A DNA stretch of 64,000 nt, taken from positions 37,636,001 to 37,700,000 of the forward strand of contig NW_024704742.1 in NCBI RefSeq assembly GCF_018977255.1, given 5' to 3'. Origin of the DNA: Callorhinchus milii. Taxonomy: Eukaryota. Under the pieces are notes generated by a model, which worked only from the letters and a program-made list of their open reading frames with translations, ran no database searches and was not told the origin of the DNA. Shown in pieces: positions 23,271 to 34,900 of the stretch. Positions within the stretch are counted from its first letter, which is position 1, and every line of letters begins with the position of its first letter. The position numbers and the translations under genes were made by a program.

Positions 23271-26200
23271 TAATGCTAATACAGGGACAAGAGTGAGGCC
23301 AGCTGTGTGATAACATGACCAAACCCAGGAGCTTGGTTCTCCAGTCTATTTTAATCTTTTCACCATGGTAATTATTTTGTTAGTTGGACATATTATTATC
23401 ACACAGTTCATCAGTACCCTCATTTTAAGTAATCCGGTTACATTAGGTGCCAGCGATATGCTCTGCCCTGTGGATTACACAACAGATCAGAAATAGAGTA
23501 ATGGAAAAAATGTCACATCATCACTGAAGTGCGAACCTGCTCCCATACTGACTGTTCCCAGAGGATTTTCCAAGTTTGAATAAAAGCAGTGCGGAGACAG
23601 CCCAGAAGGGCTGGATAATGGTACGATTTTAATGTTAGGAACTCTGGGATGAAATCTGAGGCATTTAATAATGTGTTTGATGTAATAAGTATTAAATGCA
23701 TTCTGAAATTCTACACATTTTACCCATATATTTTGATTTTAAAACATTGTAGTGAATGTCATTCTCTTCATATTGATTTGGGGTGTGGAGGTAGGAGTCT
23801 GTAGAGATGAATAAATAATTGTCCTTGTTACTTTATAATTAGCAAAGCAAAACTTTCCTTAAACAGTGTTTAACTGTAACATCTTCGAAACAAGATAAAA
23901 AGGATCTAGGCACAATATTGATGTCTCAATCCGCAACTGTTTGTGGGACACTGCTATGCGTAATTGGCTGCCGCATTTCGCCCACAAAAATACACAGTCA
24001 ATTCACTTTCCAGCATATTCTGTGAAGCGATTTGAGACGTCTCAACGACGTAATAACAACAAAATCAACAAAATTACATTTGTATGGCGCCTTTCACGTC
24101 AGGTGGACGTCCCAAGGCGCTGGACAATCAGAGTTTCGGACCCGAGCTGGGAGTCAGGATTGGGGAGGCTGGAGGGCAGCAGGGAAGGCAGGGTGATCAA
24201 AAGCACGGTCGAAGAGGACGGTCTTGAAATGGGTCTTGAAGGAGGCAAATAATAAAGCGCTATATCAAATGCAAGGATTATTATTATATTATTGCACCTC
24301 TTAGTTGCCACTCTTAATAAAGCGCTCCGGGGCACTGCTGCATGAAGGGCGCTAGATAAATGCAAGTTGTTGTTAACTAGAGAGCACTACACAGTATTTA
24401 CTGTACTTTTATCCATGTTTCAGAATATCAGCAAGGATAAACAGTTTTAAATCCATATGAACTGCTTAAAGTCGATTTATCATCACATAAACTGCCAGAG
24501 GTACACTAAAAATGAAACATGACGACACTCAGAAGAAGCAGCTTTACTAAATCCATCTACAGTCAGACCTGCACCTGAGCCATTGGCAGCTGAAATAGAC
24601 AGAAGGTTTAAATTAAAAAAAACTCTGTAATCTTAATCCACTCGAGTCGCCTTGTCTCATTTGAATTAGTGACATGGAGCAGTGAGGGCACTTGGAAGAG
24701 CTCTGAATATATGTCATACACTGTCTGCCTGTTAGCAGACGCAAACAGGAATATGAGGGAAATGTGGGAATGCCTGCCCAGTTGTTGGGTTGAGGTTCAG
24801 AGGCTGGAAGATGCCAAAAATGGCAAATAAATTATTTTCATCTGAATGTCAGTGAGAGGAGCTGGTTCCCCGGAGTTTAACAGATTTATCTTACGCTGGA
24901 GGTACTCGACAAAAGTCAGATTCAGATGCAGATCGTTGTTAAATAGGATACCAGGCACATTGTATACTGTTGCTCTCTGGAGATCTCTGAGCCTACTGCT
25001 GGTTTCTACTTGGATAGATACTGTCACTGCAAGGAGTCAGGTAAGAGTATCAAGGCTTCTATTTTGAAAGGTGCCAGTTTTCTGTCTTTGGTCCAGAGGA
25101 GTAAATAGATGTGGACTGGCTGAGCAGCAATTGATGCCAACAAGCTTTGAGTTGTGGCTGGACTTATTTCTGAAACAGATTAATGAATCACTCGAGACAG
25201 GCCAATAATATCACAGAGAAAAGGCTGTTAGGATACCAGCTTGACATCTCTCCTGCTCTTACTCCCTAAGACAGTTAGTCTCCTACGGTTCTTAAAGATA
25301 ACTGTGGAAAATCACTTTTCATATTCAAATTTAATTTAAGAAATTTCCAAAATTCTGCATGATCTTAAATTCTTTCATATAATTAAACGTCTCAAAGCAA
25401 GCCCTTTACAGTAATGGAGTGGTGACTCAAGAAGGATGGAAGATTGGGACATGACTAAAAGCACAGTCAAAGGTTTAGACTTCTAGTGCCGTGTCAGGTG
25501 TACGGCAGGTGAAATTAACCAGTGACTTTTCCCGTGTGTTATTCAAAGGCTTGATGAGCTGAATGAGTTACGTTTTTTTCTTATCTCCAGCAACGTTGTT
25601 GTTTTCAAGCTGTTGCTGCATTTACATTGCAACTCTTATTATTAACTATTTATTATTATTTATTATTCATTATTATTATTATTCCTTTACAAATTCAAGG
25701 ATTATTATTAACTAAGAGCATTAGCTTTGCATCTGCTATTTCCACTTTACTATTAACTGATGGTGGTGCAAAATTCATTCTGAAAATGCTAAATGGTCTC
25801 AGTCACTACATAATCACTGGTGTGATTTCTGTCTTTTCAGATGAACGGTATACTATTTGAAAAGAGAAGAGAGTTTCTCCTGGCCAATAATGTGGCCAAT
25901 AATTCCCAAAATAAAATTAGTCACTCATTCCATGGCTGTTTGGGGACATTGCTGTCATCCACAATATTCACAGTTGAAACCAATTTACAGTATATCCTAT
26001 GAAGCGCTTCACATCTCAAAAACGTGAAAAGTTCTACAACAAGTGCAAAGAATGCAAGGCTTATTACAGGCGAACTTATCGTAAAAGAGAATAGTAATGT
26101 TTTCACTCGAATCTAAGGCACAGTTATTTTCATTGAAAAGTCCTTTCAAGATCCAGGTGTGCCTTAGAATCAATTAAGTAATCCTTGCATTAGATATAGC

Positions 26201-27799
26201 ACCCTATCACCTGGTTGAGAAGTCTCGAAGCGCTTCACAGGATATACAGTAAAGTGGATGTAAAGTGTAAAGCAGATTGACTGTGTATTTGTGGGTGAGA
26301 ATTGTAAGAACAAATGTTTGCCCACAAACCCTTAAGACCTGCTAGTGCCTTGAATTTAGAGAACCTTAGATTCGAAGAAATACAGTAAGTACAAAGGCAA
26401 GAGAGAAAAGAGGGATACAAAAATAGTACAAATAAGGTGTAAAGAGGTTCTCCTATATGTATATGCCGGCAATTGTAAATTGTATATATAGTCAATTCAG
26501 ATAAGGTGACATATACAATACAAAATTACATTTGTGTAGCGCCTTTCACGTCATGAGGACGTCCCAAGACGCTGGACAGTCAGGGATTTGGACTCTAGCG
26601 GGAGGGTGGGGGGGTTATTGGGATAAGGGAGGGTTTCATTTATATCAAAGGCAAGTACTATTATTTTGCATGCATACGTCTGTGTGTGTATGTGTGAGTG
26701 TATGTGTGGGGTATTGTTATCTGTCTGTGTATTTGTGAATCTGTGTACCCGAGTTGATCTGCATGTCTGTATGTCTCTATGTGGGTTTTTTTCTTAGTGG
26801 AGATGCCAATTATAATTCTACGTGTGCTACATTTAGCATATGGGGCTATTTAAATATAGTTTGAAAGAGAGCCAGGTTTCAAGTAGCTTGAGGCTGCTGA
26901 TGCCTAGAATACTTTTCATTTACTTTGTGTTTTTTCTGTTTTCTGTGGCTGCTAGTTATGATGGTCAATATTTTATGAACTTAAAAATGAAATGAGTAAA
27001 ATAAAATGAGTAATAAATTTATATCAGTGAGTTGTGACATATGATTTCTTCTGCCATAATGCCTTTCTCAATTGACTGAACAAATTTAAAACTAGTACCG
27101 CTTTTTATTGCATAATTAATGGCATATGAAGGTGTATGAAAGTGGTTAGCTCAAGGGCTATAAGCTCAACACACATTTTAGAGCCTATTGTATTTTATTT
27201 CACTGCATATTAGAGGATAATATGCCCTGTACATATTACATATAATTAATAGCAGCTTATCACCTCTGTGTATTACTACTAAATGGAAAACAAGTAACAA
27301 CTTTACATCAACATAATTTCTGTCTTAATATCATCAAGCTTTGTGCTATTACCAGATTGACACAAGGGGTATATTTAGACCTTAGCTTTCACCAGTTAAA
27401 CATGTGTTACTACAAGCTCATTAAATTAGCAAGAGTTGAACTGGTGAAATCTGAGCTCCAAAATATTCACTGTTGATAAAAGTGAGAATGGAAAAGATTC
27501 CATTCACAGCTCATAAACCATGTCTTGTTTTATCAACAACGACAAATTACATTTATATAGCGTCTTTCATGTCAGAAGGAAGTCCTAAAGCGAAGTGAAT
27601 TTTTTTTCATTGTTTAAATGTGTCGCATCAATAGAACAAGAAATTTCAAGTGCTTTGAGATATCTTCCTGATATGAAAGGTATTATATGAATGTAAATTG
27701 TATTGTATGGTATGTGGTAGTGATCTGTCAAACTGATTGCATTGTAAAATATAGCACAATTATGTTTAATATTCCTCTATAATTTTCTTATAAGCTGTA

Positions 27800-28500
27800 T
27801 GTCCTCAAAAAACCTTCCCTGGACCCATCCCTACTCTCCAGCTATCACTCCATCTCCAACTTACCTTTCCTCTCCAAGGCCCTGGAATGAGTTGTCATGT
27901 CCAAACTTCGCTCTTTCCTCTCCCGCCATTCCCTCTCTGAACTCCTCCAATTGGGTTTCCAAGCTGCCCACAGCACAGAAACAGTCCTGGTCAAAGTCAC
28001 TAACAACATTCTGTCCATCTGTGAACAGGGTTCTCTCTGCCTCCTTGTCTTTCGTGACCTCCACTGGTTCCCCATCACTCAGAGGATACAGTTCAAGATC
28101 CTGATCCTAACTTTCAAAGCCCTCCACGCCTTGCTCCTCCTCCTAACCCTCCCAACCTGTCCACTCCCTTCGCTCAAAGGGCTCCGGCCTGCTTCTGTCC
28201 CCTGCCTTGCGTGCCCACCATTGGTAGATGGGCCTTCAGCTCTCTGCCCCCATTCTCTGGAACTGGTCTCTCTGCCTCAACCACCCCCCCCCCCCCCCCC
28301 CGCCCTGCCTCCTTCAAGAACCATATGAAGGCCCTCCTCTTCTACTGTGGTTTCAATCACCATCCTACCCCTACCCTCCCCGCTCTCCACCCTTCCTGAT
28401 CCCAACAACCAGTTCGGGTGGGGATCCCTGACTGTCCATCGCCTTGGGACGTCCTCCTGATGTGAAAGGCGCCATACAAATGTAATTTGTTGTTGTTGTT
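27800..28500 (+). mobile_element. L2-clade LINE, internally deleted
   Basis: RT N-terminal part (HSTETVLVKVTNNIL...GSLCLLVFRDL) fused directly to C-terminal HWFPITQRIQFKIL; (TTG)n tail. Confidence 0.88.
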
Positions 28501-28768
28501 GCCCGATGTCCAACCCTATTGCCTCTGTGCAGTACTCTAAGTTACTATCCTGCCTGAAGTCAGTGCACTATATAAATGCAAGTTGTTGTTGTTAACAGTC
28601 AGCATATATCTAATATATGTTTCTAAATGTTTCTAATATATATATTAGAAATCTTTCAATTGAGTTTTTATTCATCCCATCCTCAATGCAACACAGACTG
28701 CACTTAAATAACTTTAAATTATTTACTTAAAGTTCCTAAGCTTTAAAAAGAGCAGAAGTTAAATAACT

Positions 28769-28839
28769 TGCATTGGCCGGGAATCGAACCCGGGCCTCCG
28801 GCGTGGCAGGCGAGAATTCTACCACTGAACCACCAATGC
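28769..28839 (-). tRNA. tRNA-Gly(GCC) variant (1 substitution)
   Basis: Single change at 28800 gives an anticodon stem C-C mismatch; boxes intact; T5 about 20 nt downstream. Confidence 0.85.
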
Positions 28840-30947
28840 AACTCATGGGTAATCTTTCTCTTTATTTGTTAATGACTTTGCTTTCTTGGGACATTGCAAT
28901 CAGACAATTATCCAACCCTGTTATAACATGGCAGGTGGCATGCATAAAATGAGACCTTGGGTTATACCTAGAGCGGAGGGAGTAGACGAGGTTTATGTGG
29001 ATAAGAGTTGTTATTAAATCAAGAGAGGGAGCCTATGCACCTAATACATAGGGTATGAGAAAATATTTGAGGACTGCAGAACTGAACTTCACCTCCCACA
29101 CTAGCTCGATGCAAGTGTAAGAAGAGGAAAAATGCAATTGATGTAGCGCCTTATCAATCACCAAAACATCTCAAAGGGTTGTACTGTGAAATGATTTGAC
29201 AGTATCTTTAAGGGAATAAAGCAAGACCAACATCCCAAAAACAGCAATTAAGTAAATTATCAATTTCCTTTTTTTGCAGGGATGGGGTGGTGGCGGGGGG
29301 AGTTGTTGGCCAGCATACTGGGAGAAACTCCTTTCTTTGTCGAAGAGATATTTGACATTGCTGTGCGCAGTTGGCTGCCGCGTTTCGCCCACAAAATACG
29401 CAGTCAATCCACTTTGCAGTATATCCTGTGAAGTACTTTGAGACATCTCAACAATGTGATAAGGCGCTATATCAAATGCAAGGATTGTTATTATTATTAT
29501 TGAGAGATATTTAGGAACAAAATACTAAATGCAGTGTGTGATGTGATAGTTATCATTAGAACAATTATTGCACCTTTGCCCCCTTTTACTGTAAAGTGGC
29601 CATCAGTTCCTTGGAATGTATATTTCGACCTTGTTACTGTTTTGCATGTGGTTAGATTTTATATCCATAGGATTTCAGATGCAAGCATCACAGATTATTT
29701 ACAGATAACCCCCCACATGTTTTCTTGAATGAATGAAGCAAACTCAGGATAACTGTCATGATCCATAATAAGGTAAATCTCAAGGATCCTCTGAATTAAA
29801 TCCCCCACCTGTTTTATAGAGACTACGGACAGGAATATATCCCCATGGTTTGATGTTAACTGTTAACTACTCCTTTCCACACACTACAATTGGCAAATGG
29901 TTCGTCCCAAACAGCCTCATAAAAGGAACGTTCTTGGGATTTGACAAAGAATCAACCTTTGATTTTTGCGAACACCATAGTTTTGTGATTTTGTTTTCGA
30001 TTTTGTTAGCTGTGTGTTGTGTTTATTTTAGCTCTGCCCGTTTAGGGTGTGTATAAACATTGTGTTAGACTAATTGGGCCAAATGATTGTTTTACACTGT
30101 ACATTACAATGCACTTGCTAAATTAACTTATACAGTATGTACATTTTTAATTCTGTTGTTGGTGAGGGATAATCAGCAGCCAGTACATGCGAGTTTCTTT
30201 AAAATCCTTGACGTATGATGACGTGCAACCAAGAGGATTAAGAGTTGTGATATCACTAAGTGCAAGTTTATCCAAAATTAGTCTGCAGCTAATCACTAGG
30301 GAATTCTACAACCAGGGGGATAATGTACCAGACCAACAGATGGCTGGTCAAGTAATACAAGTTGTAAAATATTCATGAGATTGGTAATCAGGAGAGCTAA
30401 CATAGAAAGATTTACACAGCCAATAGACTTCTGACTCATCGTTCTTTCCTGCTGTTACGTTTTGTTTCTCAGGATGCTGTTAACTTTTTCCTTACTGTCA
30501 ATGTAAAACAGGAATTTGTTTAAAATGTAGAGTAGAAAGACACTCTCTGTTACCTTGCCAAAGTGTCCAGTATTCATGTGTGAACCTTGACAGTGACGGT
30601 TTCATACTGATTGTTTTAAAATGTTCTATTGTCCAGAATTTTTGTAAATTCTTATATTTGTCTTCATTTGGGTGTTGGGTTTTTTGCATTAAAAGGAATA
30701 TAAGAATTATTCATAATTTTTGACGATCCGTGAAAGTCCAGGTGGAATTTTGGGCCTTTGAAACATATCAGTCATGTATCTTCTGACTCTCTGAAGAATA
30801 CTTGCTGTGTGGAAACGGTTGTCGTATTTGCCTATAAAAAATGATCACTACACTTGGATGACAATTACTGTAAAATGCACTGAGATTCTAGATGCTTTCA
30901 AAATGCAAGTTCTTCCTTTATGTGGTAAGTAGCTGGTTGCTAGTTTG

Positions 30948-31000
30948 TTCGCTTCTCAGCCTTTTGGCTAAGATCAAGTGAGTACATGTTTTCATCAGTT
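30948..31000 (+). pseudogene. U2 snRNA 5' fragment (nt ~1-54)
   Basis: TCGCTTCTCAGCCTTTTGGCTAAGATCAAGTG matches U2 nt 2-33 with 1 mismatch, then a diverged match up to ATCAGTT. Confidence 0.88.
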
Positions 31001-31856
31001 ACTCCTTGGGCTGTGCAGTTCCTGGCAGTCAGCTCTGCCTTTGAGGTCTCCTATCAGTGTAGCCATTCAGGTGTGCTGAGCTTGCCCATGATTTATTGGT
31101 GGGAGGCAGTCACTTTTTTAATTCTGTTTTTTGCTGGCAGCTGGTACATGTGCGAGTGCGCTCATCATTTGAGGCAATGAAGCCACAATTGTTCTGAGCC
31201 TCCCCCATGATTCTCACACTTATTACACTAATAGAAATTTACAATTCAAATTTAGAAAATTTGAGCCGGCAGAAGTACAACATTGAGATGACCTAATGTA
31301 ATTGAAAACTAGCATGCCAGCAGAGAGGTGGGTGATAAGTTCAATTTGTTTCTTTATACCATTGAGTGTCTGATTTTACATGGAGGGTAGCTGCTGCTGG
31401 GCGCAGGAAGTTTGGTTGAGAAGGGATTGCATTGGGGTCGATTTGAGGAATTTGATCCACCCTCACAAGGAGCAGAGGAGAGACTGCAATATGGATCTAC
31501 CTTGAGCCCTTGGCCACCAGGTTGAGGCCGGGTTTGTCTGGGTCAGAGAGGCAATCCAGTCACCTCACTTGCTCGAGTGGTCATGAGAAATGAATCAAGT
31601 CCACATCTTCTTTGATGATTAGGGACCCAGCTTTGGGTGGGGATGCTGGTTACCTAGGGGTCAAGCTAAATTTCCGTTTGACGAATGAGATACAGGTTAA
31701 TTTGGCTCAGTGCCAGTGGGGACAACCTTGCTCACCAAAAAAAAGAAGGCAGCTGCTAGTCTGTTCCAATACTTTCAGTTTTAACCTTTGATAAATAAAC
31801 ATTTTTCTCCAGACAGAGTGTGTGAAGAAGAAAAGGATCTGGGAGACCAAGAAATC

Positions 31857-31911
31857 ATGGGATGTGGCAACTCCAGAGCTAAACATTATCCAGCGAAGAG
31901 AAAAGAGAAAG
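31857..31911 (+). CDS. PPEF2: PPEF2 coding exon 1 ([18 protein letters not shown])
   Basis: ATCATGG start context; donor G|GTAAGT; upstream acceptor TTTTTCTCCAG ending at 31812. Confidence 0.85.
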
Positions 31912-34900
31912 GTAAGTCTGTTATGCTGTGTAAATCACTTCAGTCTTACGGTGCTTCGTGCTTACGGTCACCTCCTCCCTCCCCGCAGCTCTGGCTCAGG
32001 CTCCGCCACTGTTCTGCACACTGAGACAAAACACTAACCCATGTGAAAGGCTGCTATATAAATGCAACTTGTTGTTGACGTTGTTATGGATGCCAGCCAG
32101 CTAGCCTGCTCATTGGCAAGACTTGGAAGGGCAGACCAGTCACAGGGGCAGGTACTTTTCCCACTCAGCTCCTGTTAACCCTAACTGCATAAGTAGTGGG
32201 AAAGTTTGCCGATAGTGATATTTATGGCAAGTCTATGCCATAGACTCCAGCAGTTACAGCAGCACACACTCTGGGCTCCCCAAGCCTTGCTCTTGCCAAC
32301 CTGTACATAATACTTTCTGGAATTGGGTAAGCAGGATGTATCCTTCCAGGGAGAGAGTGCGCATTCCATTCCAACAAATATCGCTGGAATTTCCATGTAT
32401 AGGTGGGATATATGAATTCTCTGTTTGGTTTGGATACTCTTAATCCATCATGGTGATGGATTTCCCCATGTGTCAGACACCTAGCTGATCAAAAAAAAAT
32501 TATCGCTTACATTTTCCTCACGTCACTTCGACCTTTTGGTCAATATTTACAAATATTGTAAAAATAATTACAAAAGCTTATCACTAACTAATTTATTATT
32601 TATGTTCGGATTTTTTGGAATAAAATTGTATTCATTTATTCAGTTGGATCTTCCCAGATTTTAGTCATCCACACTGTCTCTGTAAAGTGCTCTGAAACTT
32701 TATGCTAGATGGAAGGTGAAAGCACAATTGTTGTTATTGTTTCCACCTTTGGTAAAATTAGACCATAAAAAATACCAAAGTCTAGTTCATTTTCACTGAG
32801 TTGCTCAACTTCACTAGCAAGAGTAGCTGAATACTTACCATTTTTAAATGCTATTAATTTGACTTTCCTTTTTAACTTGCAATGCGAATTGCTCCATATA
32901 ACCCCTGCCATTCAGTGGACAATGCTACAATTGTACTTCCCTTTGATTCTCCTCCAGCACAGTCCCAGAACATGTATGTTTCATTTCAATCTAATCTTTT
33001 CTTTCATGTTCTATTACAGCAGAATCCTTGACTCCCGCAGGTGGGTAGTGATATTAACGCTCGCTCGAATTTTTGCTTTAAGATGTCAGTCTAAATAGAT
33101 AACATTTTAGAAGATTTACTTTTGTGCAAATATCATAGCAAATAAGATCATAGAAAATAAGATCATAGCAAAAGTAGCTATTTGTTTTTCGATACTGCCT
33201 TTTACAGTGTCAACTATTAAAATAGGTGGTTTCCAAGTGAAGCATCTTTCACTTGGAAGTGAAGTGTAACGGTAGGGTGAAAGAATGCAACATTTCATAA
33301 CAGATTGATGAATTTTCACACAGTATAACACCAAGTATAACTTCCAGCCTCAGTGTTAAATTGCTGAAAATGACAAACTCTACATGTACTAATCCCCTGT
33401 TAGAACCTGTTACAAGCAGCTATACTCAACTCATTCCAAGGATATAGTGGAGACAGGGTGATTTCTAGCTATGGTTCTGAGTAAGCAGATCATTGCCACG
33501 TTAACTGTGTCTTGTAGTTTTAATTAAGAACAGTAATATACTTTGGTACGTATTTCATTTATGGAAGTATAAGTGATAAAAGAGCTTGGTTATGGACTCC
33601 CAGCTGCAAAAAAAGGGGGGAAATGATAGATTTGACACATTCATTCATTTATTACCGGGAATTAATTCATACATTTGATCAGGTGACTTGTGACAATACT
33701 GTAAATTAAACACTTTATAGAATACATTATTAAAATATTTTTTGTAACATTTCTTTCTGACAGATAGCATTTGCCATCCTAAACCTTCCAAATACGATTA
33801 CTAAATGATATAACCGTTGAAATCACTGAATATATTTCTTGTCGTTGGTATCATGCTCTCTTGAGCAGCCAAAGCTGTTATTATAAACTGTATAAATTAT
33901 AAACTGTATTTTTTCTATTTATTGCACATCTCCTGGAAAATCAATACACAGCTAGCACAGGTAAGAAACAATGGGAACCGGATCACTGATTCTTTATCTA
34001 TGGTTACATGGAGAAATGTCCCACGTTGGTCTAGGCTGACAAAGGAGCATTGACTCATAGGAGGTGCTGTCCTTCGAATAAGAAACTAGGTCCTGTTTGG
34101 TGTAGAGGCCAATAATACCCCAGATAAAATTGGTCATTAACCTTATAGCTGTTCGTAGGACATTGCTGTGTGTAAAGTTGGATGCTGTTCACCCAAAAAT
34201 ACATAGTCACTACACTTTACTGTGAAGCACTTTGAGACATTTTGATGATGACATTAAGTGCTATATTAAATACAAGCATTATTATTGTTATGAAGTTTGG
34301 ATTTACTGATCTACATTGAGTTCAACTTCCAGGAATACCAGCACAATAGCTACACTGTAGATTTTAGTCCCTGAAGTACTCTAACCCCAATTCAGGGTTT
34401 GGTGCAGTCAGGTTCTCTGTGAAATTCTTGTGCCATCTCTTGAGCTTCCTTGCGAGAGACTCTGGTTAAAAATAGCAATGTCTTGTGGGGTTTATACAGG
34501 AAATAAACAGCAAGCTGGTATCCAAATGATTTGATTGTGTTTGTGCCTTCATTGTGTAATGCAAATTTTTCAGAGTAGTTTTATATAAAATATTGTTTTA
34601 TGTCATTTCTCTTTTTTACATAATCAATGTAAGTTAACCTGCACTGATTTACACTAATGCAGTTTTCTTAAGAGCTTTGAAGTCAGTTTTGTTGGTAATG
34701 AATACTCAGTCCAGCCTGTCCAGTATTTACTTGAGTTCCTATTGCTGCTCTTGCTTTTGCAGAAGTGGGATACAGTTCTGATTCTCAGCATTGATATTCC
34801 TTACTTTGATGGACAAAGTATTTGTCACAGAGTATTCAGTTAGAATTGAAATAGAAAACCTTCATTTCTAAATCAGATTCTGTCTGTTGACTGACAGAAC

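Noticed and set aside
28285..28301. Poly-C run and (TG)n/(CA)n tracts near 26680 and 35450
   Set aside because: Ordinary low-complexity sequence; the poly-C lies inside an L2 relic.
30948..31000. Functional U2 snRNA gene
   Set aside because: Only ~54 nt; lacks the Sm site and 3' stem-loops; carries substitutions.
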